Assembly: GCF_009914755.1 (NCBI RefSeq)
Contig: NC_060943.1
Reading direction: 5' to 3' (one strand)
Source: the human T2T-CHM13v2.0 reference genome, Homo sapiens
DNA: 64,000 bases
Shown: piece by piece, positions 18,374 to 45,130 of the stretch
Numbering within the stretch: position 1 is the first letter of the stretch
Layout of the letters: the number at the start of each line of letters is the position of its first letter
Notes under the pieces: model-generated
The model's database searches: none
What the model saw: only the letters and a program-made list of their open reading frames with translations
What the model was told of the DNA's origin: nothing
Translations under genes and position numbers: made by a program

Positions 18374-19274
18374 GACAAACTGACTTGGTAAGACTACTTA
18401 AAATTAAGAAGACCTTCCTTTTTGGCCAACGTTCCAACATGGTACATAAAAAAAAAGACCTCGGTTGTAAGTTTTGTGGGGGTTTTTTTGGTATAAAATT
18501 ATCCTAAATTTCTAGTCTTTATTTAAGATGAACATAAATTGGCTCTATAGAGTTTTCACTGAATAATTAACTAAGGATTCAGCTTCTCATTTGTAGTAAG
18601 ATTGAAAAAGATAAATAAATCAGGCCTGTGACCAATTTACCCCAAAATACAATTTCTTCATTATAAAGAACAAAACAGGAAAGAAGTTAAAGAACTCCCT
18701 TAATAAAAGCACTGAACTGCCACAAGTCTAATAGACTATTAGAGCCTAGATGAAGATGGAAAATTACCTAATAAAAATCGCAATTTGCATAGATTTGCCC
18801 CATAATTACAAAACTTATTAAGTTCCATTTTCCCAGATACTATAATGGGGTTCACCTTTCATTTAATGCAATTCGTGATCACTGACTACTTCAGGCAGCA
18901 AACGTTGGTAAAATCAAATCCATAATTACATTTTTGGTTCATATGTGAAAGACTGAAATATTCACTAACTGATCTATATACTATTTGTTAAAATTAAGTA
19001 GAATGAAAAATTCTGAAGAGGGTTTTACTCAAATCTTTAACTACCGTTTTCAAGCCTTTCGCTCCATTGGCTCTGTCCAAAGCGAGGTTATGAAGGTTAC
19101 AAAACCGAAAGAAAACACTTGCTTTGGGTCTATATTCATTCCATCTAGTTCAATACAGTACATGTTTATTAAAATCGTCCCATATGTGTGGTCCTGTCTG
19201 AATTAAGCAGGTGGGATAACTGCCAAATGTCTGTTTTATCCTGAATCCTGTAAGTAGCAAGTGCCTTTTGGTTC

Positions 19275-19770
19275 TGTGGCAGACTGAGACCAGTAAGGCC
19301 GCCAGTGAATCATGCCTCCCTGGGTCCACTGTCTTTTCAGTGTAATTTTGTGACCCCTCCCATCAAGATGATGGGTCTATTTCCCCATCACCTGAATCTA
19401 GGCTGGGCTTGTGACTTGCTTTGGCCAATGAAATGCCACAGATGTTCAGCTGGGCTATGAGAAGGCCTATAGCTTCCTCTTTCCCCTCTTGCAATATTCC
19501 TGCTGTCAAGGAAGCAAGACTGGGCTAGACCCAGTTTCAGGAGAGGCCCAGCAGATAGCAGACACGTGAGGAGGCCATCATGGATTCTTGAGCTGCCAGA
19601 TGACCACAGTAACATGAGTAACCCCAGACCAGAGCAACAGAAAACCCGCCCAGCTGAGCCCAGCCAACCCATGGAAATAATATTACATAAATAAATTAAT
19701 GAAAACATATTTGTTGTTTTTAAGCACCCCAAGTTTGGGGATGGCTTAAGCAGCCCTGGGTAACTGACAC
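19275..19770 (+). mobile_element. MLT1F/H-like LTR
   Basis: tgtggcagac...ttgtgacttgctttggccaatgaaatg...cccagctgagcccagccaaccc...taactgaca. Confidence 0.75.
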
Positions 19771-20305
19771 CACTGACACCATCTCCAAATCCCCAGTTTC
19801 CCAGAAGAGAGTCTCTACTGTTCTGGAAACCACAATAGTGGGTGTGACTGTGGGGAATGGTCCCTGAAAGCACAAATGTGTCTTCTTTTCATTTTTTCAC
19901 TAGTAGTTATTGCTACTAGTTCAAATGCACTATTCCTGTTATCTTCATCAGTCACAATAACATTTAGGGTTATAGAAGATTTCTAGGTAGAAATAACCTA
20001 CATATGGAGATACATGCAGAACGAATTTCAGTGTGTTCCTTACTCCAGTGAAGTCTTGCAAAGTGGTCTTAAAGGGCCTCCACATCTGCACACTTCCACC
20101 TTGGCTGTAATTGTGTAGCAGACTCCCAAATACACAAGTTGATTGATAGTTTGATTGGTTAACTTGTTCTGAAGTCATATCCATTGATATTTGTTTGAAT
20201 GTCATTCTTGGAGTGCAGAGAGGAAAGGTCCTGTGGAAGGTTGCGCACTGTGGGGCTGGCTCCCCAGTCCAACCAATGAGGACTCCCACTTCCATGCCCC
20301 AATAC

Positions 20306-20607
<302 letters not shown>

Positions 20608-21237
20608 GTCTCCCTCCTCTTAACTGCTTCCTGCCTTCCCTTCCCACCAGACTTGGTTTAATCTCTCTAGGCCCTGAGTTCCAAAACCCATCTCAGATTG
20701 GGTTAAAGGGGGAATTCACTCTAACTGTCAGAAAAGTTATCAAAAACTTGAGAACTGACCAAAGAGATTTGCCGGGGGTTCTTTCAGGGCAATCCTGGTT
20801 TTGCCTCTTTGATTGACTTTCCGTTGCCTGAGTTGTTTTACATCTCTGCAGGGGCAGAGGTGAATTTCGAGATTTTTTTGGTAGGTATGCAAATAACTAC
20901 TGAACAGTAGAAAAGATAACCCCAGCTACAGGTTTGTGGACTGCAGGAGATTAGCCAGTTTGTGTGACCCTGCCCTAATATCCCTTTACTAAGTTGTCTA
21001 AAATACCCAGTCCCTCAAATGCACTAAACCACTTTTAGCATCTTCCTGAACTCCACATTAATTAATGAGTCCAAGACAATCTTTGGCACTTCCTTTTTTT
21101 ATTGCTGAGTCATCTTATTTAATCTTTTGTGAATTATACCTTAACATAAGGCCCAAAAAGGGTTTCAGAGAAGCCAAAGACTGGAAGGACTCAGCCTCCT
21201 AAAGCAGCCACCACCTCCCGCTGCTCCGGGCCACGAA

Positions 21238-21528
21238 GTCTCTCTCTCTCTCTCTTTTCTGTCTCTCTGTCTCTCTGTATGTCTCTCTGTTTCTCTGTCC
21301 CTCCATCTCTGTCTCTCTTCGCCTTTGTCTTTGTCTCTATCTCTCTGTTTCTTTCTCTCTGTCTCTCTCTGTTTCGGTCTCTGTCTGTCTCTGTCTCTGT
21401 ATCTCTGTGTCTTTGTCTCTCTGTCTCCCTCTTTGTTTCTCTCTGTCTCTGTCTCTTTCTGTCTCTGTCTCTCTTTGTGTCTCTCTGTCTGTCTCTCTCT
21501 GTCCCTGTCTCTGTTTCTCTCTCTCTCC
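21238..21528. repeat. (TC)n/(TCTCTG)n low-complexity tract, ~290 bp
   Basis: Direct inspection. Confidence 0.95.
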
Positions 21529-22039
21529 ATTGATCCCATGCCTGCCTCTGCCGCACTCTCCCCTGGACAGCCTGGCCCTCTCCCCAACACCCTAAGGGGA
21601 AATGGCCACCCACAGCTCTCCAGTTTGCATATTCTCGATTTAGAGGAATGGCCCAGATGGACCAGAGTCCTTAAATCCCTTTCCAAGGAAGAGACTGAGG
21701 TCACTCCAACATGCTTCCAGCCTCTGCTTCTTGACCACTGGAAGATAAGGACAAGGATGTGAAGTTTCTGCATTTGTATCACCAAAAACATCACTGGAGT
21801 TCCTAGGGACTGTGGTGGCCACCCCGAGATTTCCCTGCCCTTGGTGCCTGGTGGAGAGCTGAGCCCTGGAGAGGATGGAGGCTGGGAAGGGGGCTGTGGT
21901 GTTGTGATGGGGTCAGTCTCCCTCTTACCTCCGGAGCCACACACCCTTTGCCATTCACCACTGTTTTCTCTTTTTTGTTCTTGATTAACATTGCCAAAAT
22001 TTAAGTCATTTTACATTTTTTCAAAAGAGCCATTCCTTA

Positions 22040-22360
<321 letters not shown>

Positions 22361-23071
22361 TCTACTCTAGTTCTTTTATCTAATTTATTGTTTCCTGATT
22401 TTGTCTCCATTTTTCTTTTTCTTAGCTTTATTGTATTGGTTTTCTAGCTTTTAAGGGATGCTAAGTTCATTTCTTTTTACCCTCTCTTGCCTAATAATGG
22501 AAACACTTCATTCCCATCCTCAGAGCAAAGGTTCAGCTGTGTCTCTCATAAGTTTTGGAGCTTCCTGTTTTCCAAGTTGCTAACTTCTAAGGATGCTGGA
22601 ACTGTTATTATATTTGTGTTTCTTTCTGGACAGAAGGGGCACCTAAAAGGCTTGTTTAACTTCCAGGGTTTGAGTGTTTAAAATCGACCTTTTGTAGCTG
22701 ATTTCTAGTTTTGTTACATTGTCGTCAGAAAATGTGCCTTGTGGCCCATCCTGCTGCATGGAACTAAATTTTCTTGTTGTGCCTATTTCATGGGTTCTTG
22801 GATAAGATGATCATACACAGGCCAGAACGTTCCATGGCTCTACGTCAATCTTATTACAATGCCTCTAACTCTTTTGTTTTTCCTATTTGACCAAAGATGG
22901 AGAATGGTGTGTTAAACCATCTCATTATGATTTTCCTTAGGATAATTTATTCTTGAATTTCTTCTAGTTTGCTTTATACATTTCAACCTCAGTAATTTGC
23001 TACATCTATGTTATTGATATCAACATCTTCATTGTCAATTATAGTTTCTGTACCGTTAATATTCTGACCTG

Positions 23072-23830
23072 AGGCCAGGTGTGGTGACTCACTCCTGTAA
23101 TTCTAGTTCTTGGAGAGTGCCAGGTCCAACCCGCAGACCCTGCTGAACGAAGGATGAACAAATGCACTCAGACACAGATATCCAGTGAAAGAGCAGGCTA
23201 GGGGACCGGGCCACCCACAGACACCGAGGAGGGTGCTATAAAGAGTCAGCAGCTGTGGCCCTCACAAGCTGGCCCTGTGAGCATTTATTCAGCACAGATT
23301 TAATGACAAAGGCTTTGAGTCAACACACTTGTTGGTAATTAACATGGTTGCCTTCCCCAGAGAGAGCAGTCCTGCACATGGATGATTAAAGGCCAGGTTC
23401 CAAGGCCTAAGTAAACTAACTTATCCAGATCAATTTCTTTACATCCCCTTGCTATCTAACCTAAGTTCTTAAGAGAATTCAGCTGCCTTCAGCCAAATTT
23501 TCTTTCGAAGCTTTGCAAACCCCTGGCCTTCCAAGAAGGTTTGCATCTTCTACAATTTTGCCACCACCCCAATCTCCTACAGGGGAGGTCAAGGCAGGAG
23601 GATTGCTTGAGCCCAGGAGTTTGACATCAACCTAGGCTACATGGTGAAACCCCATCTCTACAAAAAGTACAAAAGTTAGCTGGGCATGGTGGCACACACT
23701 TGTAGTCCCAACTACTCAGGAGGCTGAAGTGGGAGGATCACTTGAGGTCGAGGCTACAGTGAGCTGTGATTGCACCATCACACCACTGCACTCCAGCCTG
23801 GGTGACAGAGACCCTGTGTCAAAAAAAAAA
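23072..23830 (+). mobile_element. AluJ split by LTR22
   Basis: Left-arm start 23072-23117 resumes at 23582. Confidence 0.85.
23118..23581 (-). mobile_element. LTR22 (HERV-K HML-5) solo LTR
   Basis: Minus strand begins tgtaggagatt...gatgcaaaccttcttggaaggcc; TG...CA ends; 6-bp TSD ggagag/ggggag. Confidence 0.8.
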
Positions 23831-23896
23831 CTTTGACCTAAATCTATATCGCATATTAATAACATAAGCCCAGTTTAAAAAACTGCATCTATCTAA

Positions 23897-24040
23897 TATT
23901 CATTCATTCATTCATTCAAATATTTGAGCACTTGCCACATGCCAGGCACTATGCCTGGTGCTGGGGACAGAGTGTTGAATGGAACCACAATGTTCCTGTC
24001 TTCACAGAGCTCCTAGTGAAGGACAGAGACCATGATCAAA
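23897..24040 (-). mobile_element. L2 3' end
   Basis: (ttca)n followed by aaatatttgagcac...tgccaggcactatg. Confidence 0.8.
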
Positions 24041-24079
24041 TTTAGCAACAATGTAGCAACAATGTAAGACTCGCAGTCT

Positions 24080-24220
24080 CACACACACACACACACACAC
24101 ACACAAGCATCCATGTACCATTATATGCTGTCATGCACACTTTCACACATGCACACAGCCATACACTGCCACACACATACTTGCACACAGCCATACACTG
24201 CCACACACATACTTGCACAC
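24080..24220. repeat. (CA)n plus a 32-bp tandem duplication (24151-24214)
   Basis: gcacacagccatacactgccacacacatactt x2. Confidence 0.9.
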
Positions 24221-24418
24221 ATTCATCTTTAGCCAGTAAAAATATGCCTGGAGGATGGATTATGAGGAAGGGAATTGTGGGGCTGAAAGTCATGGGCATT
24301 TAAAATTGACCAGAACTGCCACATTGACACTCTCCAAAGACAGTACAATTATTGTAAGTACCAACAGAGCAGGAACAGAGCAGGAATGCTTCTCTCCCAC
24401 ACCTTTATAAACACAGAA

Positions 24419-25320
<902 letters not shown>

Positions 25321-25782
25321 CTGGTCCAGTAGGTGACGGTAACATTTTTGTTGGTTTATTTTATATTTTTTTAACTCATAAACCTAAGCACCTTTCAACC
25401 TAGATTTGTCTTATCTATTTTTAGAAGCCCTTTACACATGCTGAGTATTAACACCTTGTCATATGTCACAAATATGTTTAGCTATATTGATGGCGTGGTG
25501 TGTATATAAGTTATAAAATTTGAGGTGCCCTCTTTTTTTCTTCCGTTACCTCTAGATTTCTTTCCACCTCTCAGATGATGAAAATATGCCCCCCGTTTTC
25601 CGCTGCTACTTTAGCAATTCTTTTACTTTTGGGTTTTTAGCCCAGCCAGACTTTTGTTAATAATAGGAAGGCAGAGACAAGATGTCTCGCCAAATGGACA
25701 GGCAATTGTCCTGGCAACATTTATTGACTAATCAATGAGGCAGTTCGCCAAAAGTAAGATACTATTACCAGAGCAAGGGTAG

Positions 25783-26197
<415 letters not shown>

Positions 26198-26512
26198 TCG
26201 GAGCCTATAATCTGAGAGAAAACTGTAACTATGTGGTAATGAGCCGCATCCAGCCAATAAAGAGCTTGCTTTATTTAGAGAAGACAGACTTTGTTTCATG
26301 GAGGAGGCCAGGCTTCCGAACTGAGTCCGGGATGCAAGGAGGTGGCCACCCAGTCATGAGCAGAGGCGCTGGTTCTCAGGAAAAAAAATACCCCAGGAGT
26401 GAAGGGGGCCAATACAGCATGTGTGCTGTGAGGAACTCTCCATGGTGACCAATTTAATACAAAGCCAAATCCTATGTTTTGATGTCTTGAATAGCTTGCC
26501 TTGAAGAGAAAG

Positions 26513-26526
26513 GTTGCCATGGTAAC
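26513..26526. promoter_or_regulatory. Consensus RFX X-box (GTTGCCATGGTAAC)
   Basis: Near-palindromic 14-mer in non-Alu DNA; CCAAT boxes nearby; motif match only, no functional data. Confidence 0.45.
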
Positions 26527-26681
26527 TCTTTCAAAGACAATGTCTTCACCATAGACCAGTTGTTTAACCTGCAGAGAACAATCTTTTTCTCTGTGATGAC
26601 AATTAAAATCCAACAAGGAGGTTGAACTCAGCAGCACCAGTATGGTCTCCACAGGGAGACCTTCACTAAAAATGGCAAAAC

Positions 26682-26850
26682 AGGCCAGGCGTGGTGGTTC
26701 ACACCTGCAATCCCAGCACACTGGGAGGCTGAGGTAGGAGGATTGCTTAAGCCCAGGAGTTTGAGACTGCAGTGAGCTATGATTGCATCACTCCACTCCA
26801 GCCTGGGCACCAGAGCAAGACCGTGTCTCAAAAAATCAAAACAAAACAAA
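26682..26850 (+). mobile_element. Alu monomer (FRAM-like or arm-recombined AluJ)
   Basis: Left-arm start joined to right-arm end. Confidence 0.8.
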
Positions 26851-27233
26851 ATAATAAGACACTCCAGTGAACAGTATTGGCAAGATCAAAAACATTTTTT
26901 ATAGATGACATAAATGCTGTATTGGATTCTTTTTGAATCAGCCTCTAGACAGGTCAGGAAAGAACAATTACAAGAGGGAAAATGTAAATGTTTTTACCTT
27001 GAACATATGAAAAAGTAAAAAGTCCACCTAACAGAAATTGGGAAATGTAGGTAGAAGGAGAGGGAAGGCAAGTTAGAGGGGGTTGATGTCTTCCCTCCCC
27101 ATGGGGACAGGTTTAGAGATGCTACTGAACATCAATGGAACAAGACACAGAGGTTGAAGTGAGTTATTTGATGTTGCAAAGTCAGCCACCATCACCAACA
27201 CCAACAAAATATAAACAGGAAGAGGGAAGAGGG

Positions 27234-27609
27234 TGTATTAGTCTGTTTTCACAGTGCTATAAAGAAATACCCGAGACTGGGTAATTTATAAAGGAAAGAG
27301 GTTTAATTGACTCACAGTTAAACATGACTGGGGAGGCCTCAGGAAACTTACAATCATGGTGGAAGGGAAGGGGGAAGCAAGGTCCTTCTTCACATGGCAG
27401 CAGGAGAGAGAAGTGCAAGCAGGGGAAATGGCAGATGCTTATAAAACCATCAGATCTCTTGAGAACTCACTCGCTTTCTTGAGAGCAGCATGGGAGAAAC
27501 CACCTCCATGATCCAGTCACTTCCTACTAGGTCCCTCCCTTGACATGTGGGGATTATGGGGATTAAGATTCAAGATGAGATTGTGGGGACACAGAACCAA
27601 ACCATATCA
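27234..27609 (-). mobile_element. THE1D-like solo LTR
   Basis: tgtattagtctgttttcac...ccaaaccatatca; TSD gaggg/gaagg. Confidence 0.9.
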
Positions 27610-27769
27610 GAAGGGAATGGGGTGAGAGCACGCAATCTTCATTTTTCACATTAGACAGTGTTTTGAGAACCCCCAGTGAAATCGAGGTTATAGCACCAGA
27701 GTGGCTAGCAACCCTGCCCTAGGGAGATGCAGAGGAGCTGGGCGTGGGTGTCTAGAGTGTGCGTCTCTT

Positions 27770-27917
27770 TTTAAAAAATTTTTTTATTATTTTTATTAAG
27801 TTGAGATGGTGTCTCGCTATGTTGCCTAGGGTGGTCACGAACTCCTGGCCTCAAGCCATCCTCCCACCTCAGCCTCCCAAAGTGCTGGGACTACAGGCGA
27901 GTCATCATGCCCAGCCT
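27770..27917 (-). mobile_element. FLAM/Alu left monomer
   Basis: TSD-like ctaga(g/c)tgtgc. Confidence 0.85.
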
Positions 27918-29570
<1,653 letters not shown>

Positions 29571-29797
29571 ATAAACACTAGAAAAACTAGCACATGGCAT
29601 AAAGTGACTCAGAGAGGAAAAGAGAGAGAGACAGGGGACCATTTCTCTTATGAGCAATTCTCTATTACTTAAGTTTCAACCATATGCATACATTGATAAA
29701 ACAATTTTAATGTTTCACTGAAGACCACTGCATGACATCTAAACATGTCTGATAATACTCAGTAGGTGAATTTACCAGTTTTAAAAAGACTTGATCA

Positions 29798-30825
<1,028 letters not shown>

Positions 30826-31473
30826 ACACAGAATAGGAATGTATACACTAAATGGCAACAGTATACATTTTGACATCTTGGATTTTTAAAAATTAAATAC
30901 ACGCTGTTCAGTTTTTAAGTAAAGCCCTAATTTGGGCAGATTCTCCCCTTCTAAGGGATTTGAACACAAATTTCTGAACCCTAGGGTTGGAGTATGAGTA
31001 TTGCTGGCTCCTTCGTGTTTTTTGACAGGGAGAAACCAACAGTGCACAAAATGGTGACTGTCACCAGACACTGAATCTGCCAGCACCTGGATCCTGGACT
31101 TCCTAGCCTCCAGAACAGTGAGGAATAAATTCATTGTGTTCTGCAAAGCTCCAAGGACCTCCTGAAATAGTCCTGAGTCCCTCTCAGCCTGGTGTAGCAC
31201 CCAATTCAGTTGTCTGGCTGGTTTGTGGTGCCAGGCCAAGACACCACTTTGGGTGGGGAGGAGAAAGAGAATGAAGTAGGAGGGGAGGGCGTGAGCCATG
31301 ATTTGGGAGAGAGAATCAGACAGTCAGCCAGAAAGACGCATACAGTAGGCACTTAATAAATGTTTGCCTGGATAGACAGGAACCGAAGTACAGGCGCTGA
31401 AGAAAGGCAGTAACTTTTTCCCATGGATGGGAGTTCTGCTGCAAAAGGACATAATAAAAATCGACATGATAAT

Positions 31474-32141
31474 TGCTGTGATCTGAAAGTGTGTGTCCTC
31501 CTCCAAATTTGCATGTTGAAATCCTAACTCCCAAAGTGATGGTATGAGGAGGTGGGGCTTATTTGATCTGGAGGGTGGAGGCCGCTAGGAAACTGGCTCT
31601 GACTGATAAGGCCTTCAGGATTGGGATGAGTGCCTTTATAAAAGAGACCACAGCCTGTAATCCCAGCACTTTGGGAGGCTGAGATGGGCGGATTGCTTGA
31701 GGTCAGGAGTTCCAGACCAGCCTGGCCAACACAGTGAAACCCTGTCTCTACCAAAAAATACAAAAATTAGCCAGGTGTGGTGGCACGTGCCTGTAGTCCC
31801 AGCTACTCAGGAGGCTGAGGCAGGAGAATCACTTGAACCTGGGAGGCAGAGGTTGCAGTGAGCAGAGATCAGCCAATGCACTCCAGCCTGGGTGACAGAG
31901 CAAGACTCTGCCTCGGAAAAAAAAAAAGAAAGAGAGAGAGAGAGATCATAGAGATCCAGCTAGCCTGTTTCATAATATGAAGGCACAGCAGGAAGGCGCC
32001 ACCCATGAGGAAGCTGACCATCACCAGATACTGAATCTGCCAGCATCTTGATCTTGGACTTCCCAGGCTCCAGAACCAATAAATTTCTGTTGATAGTACC
32101 CAGTTTATGGTATTTTTATAGCAGCCTGAACAGACTAATAC
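31474..32141 (+). mobile_element. MLT1A0-like LTR split by AluS (31652-31940)
   Basis: catgttgaaatcctaactcccaaagtgatggtat...tcttgatcttggacttccca...gactaataca. Confidence 0.82.
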
Positions 32142-32417
32142 AGTTTCCTACAAAAAAACCAAGGATTTTGTAATGGGAATGAATGCGAAGATACCAAATA
32201 TTCCTGTGCTCTTCTGAGAGTCATTCTTGCTCAAAGAGCCTGAAGAGTTTCCATGACTCTTGTCTAAACTTATTTCTAATCCCTGATTGTTTATCTTTTA
32301 GGATTTCCATATTATTTTTCTACTGCATTTGTTTGTTGATTTGACAGTGTGACCACAGCAGCCTAGCCACATGTCAAAAAGGCAGCCACAATCATAAGTC
32401 AAAGGAATTTAAGAAAC

Positions 32418-33356
<939 letters not shown>

Positions 33357-34099
33357 AATGTGACTTATAAGTAATCGGAAAAGGCATTGCAGACATGGCA
33401 AGATTCTGTGTAAATTGCTTTAGCTGAAATTAGACACTCAATTAGGCACTTAATTACCCTGAAGCCTTATTGATGCCCTATTAGAAGTGGCCCCACCCAC
33501 TAGAATCAAGTGGAGATGACAGGTCGGCTCCCTGTAGTGGTGCCAGAAGCAAGACTGATACAGCAACCACAGGCAGCATTCAATCCACAGCTCCCAGGCC
33601 TCCTGGCCTCCTGTTTTCCTGATCACACCACTCACTGCACGAGCATTTTCCATCTGAGATCCTCTCAAATCTGAATTTTAAATGTGGGTTTCCTTTCAGG
33701 ACTGCAAGCAGACAGTCACTCTGCATGGCCCCACTGTAAGGATGTCAACCTTTAGCGGCAGCTTGGACCTTCAAGGGGTCATCAGCAGAGCCGCACTGAT
33801 CAGCTGCTCGGAGTCCAGCTCTGACTGATGAAGTCAGCTAATGGTCCACGCGCCCCTTCTCATTAATAACTCACCTCCATGGGCAGCTGGGTCCAGGTCT
33901 CTGCCCCTGGTATCACATTATATGATAATTATATTCAGATTAGTTTTTCATATCCTTTGGACAGAGACATGCTAATTTGGGTACTTAGACATTAAAATCT
34001 TATAAAGTTCTCGAGTGATTTTAAGTCCAAGTTCTTAAATGGGATGCCTTATTGGAAAGAAAACATGTAGCTATCAGCTTCCTATCAAGAACTGACTCC

Positions 34100-34815
<716 letters not shown>

Positions 34816-34827
34816 TAAACGGTCCAT

Positions 34828-35157
34828 CAGAGGAAGACAAATACTATATGATCTCACCTACATGAGGAATCAAGAAAAGTCAAACTCATAGAAACAGAGA
34901 GTAAAATGGTGGCTTGCAGGGGCTGGGGTGGGAGATATGGGGAGACGCCAAAGGGCCGCAAACCTTCAGTTACAAGATGAATCCATTCTGGAGACCAACC
35001 AGACAGCATGGCAAGGACAGTTCATAATAACATACTGCATCCCTGAAATTTGCTAAGAGAGTAGATCCTAGATGTTCTCACGACACACACACACAAATGA
35101 TAACCAGGTTAGGTGACAGATCGGTTAACTAACTTAGCTGTGGTCATCATTTCACAA
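34828..35157 (+). mobile_element. L1MA (about MA9) 3'UTR
   Basis: gacaaatactatatgatctcac...aaatttgctaagagagtagatc. Confidence 0.8.
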
Positions 35158-35159
35158 TA

Positions 35160-36160
<1,001 letters not shown>

Positions 36161-36602
36161 TGCCTGGTGATCATTCTTGTCAATTCTCATTGCATTTCCC
36201 TCACTTAATGGAGACCATGTTTGTGTCTGTCTCTGTTTCAGTCTCGGTCTCTCTTTCTGTCTCTCTCCCTCACCCTTTCTCTCCATGAATTCCCATAGGC
36301 TGAAGTTATTCCACCACTGAAGTCTTAACTCCAGCGTCCACTCTCCAAGCACTGCCTCCTGATCCCCAGCTCCCATTCCCACTTGTGCTCCATTCACCTC
36401 CATCTCCCCTACTCTGCCCTAGGAGGACTTCCCCCACCTCCTGGCTCTGCTCTCTTCCCTGCCAGACGCGGACAGCCACTAGAAGTCCGTGGTCCCCAGC
36501 CCCAGATGGGCCTTCAGCACAAGCATCCCTTCCACTGCCATCCCATACGCCAGGGGAGCAGACTGTGGCTCTTGAGATCTGTGATTAGTCAAAACTCTTT
36601 CA

Positions 36603-37795
<1,193 letters not shown>

Positions 37796-37796
37796 A

Positions 37797-38637
37797 ACAG
37801 GTGAATGGAAACTACCCAACCCAGTTCTGGCAGGACTGTTAACGGCCCAGACCCTTCAGGAATGAAGGTTTGGGTCACATCACAAGGCCAGAAGTCACCG
37901 GCTGAGATTCTTGCTGAGGACCAAGAGAGTGGAAAGAGTAGTGGAAGAAACTATCTAAACACCAGCTTGAGCCACACGGCTAGTGGAAACAAACAATCAA
38001 AAGAACAACACACAACACAAAACAATTTAAGGCCTATAGTTAGCAGAGTATGTTTTCCTTGCCTTGAAATGAATGCATATATGATATTTCCCTTTCTCAT
38101 TCCCCCCGCCTTTTTTGGGGGCGGGGGTGGGGGGACAGAGTTTCGCTCTGTCACCCAGGCTGAAGTGCAGTGGCACGATCTCAGCTCACTGCAACCTCCA
38201 TCTCCCAGGTTAAGCAATTCTCGTGCCTCAGCCTCATGATTAGCTGGGATTACAGGCTTGCACCATCACGCCCGGCTAATTTTTATTTTTTTTAATTTTT
38301 TTTTATTTTTAGGTAGAGACAGGGTTTTACCATGTTGACCAGGCTGGTCTCAAACTGTTGAGCTCAGGTGATCCATTCACCTCGGTCCAAAGTGCTGGGA
38401 TTACAGGCGTGAGCCACCATGGTTCCCTTCTTATCTAACATAAGATATACTGACAGTAGTTAACCCTATATCTCAGCATTTAAGTTACAGGTTTAAGTTA
38501 AGGTATATGTTTGGGTTCTATGAGGGCTAGTTGCATTATGTTAGGTGAAAGCATGATTCTGCCACTGTTTTCATTTGGAACTTAAGGGTGGGGAAAGGAG
38601 GTGACTATGCATGCCAAGGTGACCAAGGGGTGGAGTC
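37797..38637 (+). mobile_element. ERV-L internal remnant: pol/integrase C-terminus, 3'UTR and PPT, split by AluS (minus 38110-38420)
   Basis: Peptide GRTVNGPDPSGMKVWVT...PAEILAE resembles the HERV-L pol end; ends caagggggtgga. Confidence 0.8.
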
Positions 38638-38751
38638 TGCCAGATTGCAACTTTTCACCTTGGCACCAGCATTCCAGTCTAAGGCTAGGAAATCCATTGC
38701 CTGCATGGTCTGGCCGTTAGGGTCGGCCAAGAGCTGAACTCGCGTGAGATT

Positions 38752-38934
38752 TGAAAGGGTGAAAGCGAAACTGAAGCCCTTACTCTTGGAACGTCCTTTT
38801 GGTGGGATTCTTCCTAATTTTAGACCCCACCAACCAACAGTGGGCTCAGTCCAGTGCAGAGAGCAGGGCTGCAGTTCCGGCAAAGCATGGCTTACGCAGA
38901 CCTCCCCTTCATGCACCAGCTTCCAGAATGTTCC
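38752..38934. promoter_or_regulatory. Candidate ISRE (GAAAGCGAAACT, 38761-38772) and 3-unit HSE (38920-38934)
   Basis: Motif matches only. Confidence 0.35.
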
Positions 38935-39066
38935 CACAAACTCTGCTCTCCCCAGCCGCACCTGTGTTTCTGGCTGTCATGGTTAGTTAGAGGCTTTCGA
39001 CACCCACATTCCAGAACTTTAATTTCCTACATTGGTATAAATCTAGTAAGCCGCGTGTTCCCATAA

Positions 39067-42237
<3,171 letters not shown>

Positions 42238-42329
42238 GTAATTGCTCACAAATTCATTATTTTTACTTAAAACTAATCTAATATATTTATATGGAGAAGT
42301 GGGGTCACAATTATTTAGCTAGCTTCTTC

Positions 42330-45130
<2,801 letters not shown>

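Noticed and set aside
19899-19920. 8-bp inverted repeat actagtag/ctactagt
   Set aside because: Expected many times by chance in 64 kb
21165-21944. 259-aa RE/RD-rich ORF and overlapping SL-rich ORFs
   Set aside because: Translation of the TC/TCTCTG simple repeat
37805-38239. 144-aa ORF with retroviral similarity
   Set aside because: Only a short decayed ERV-L integrase tail, which frameshifts and ends in Alu; not a domesticated gene on this evidence
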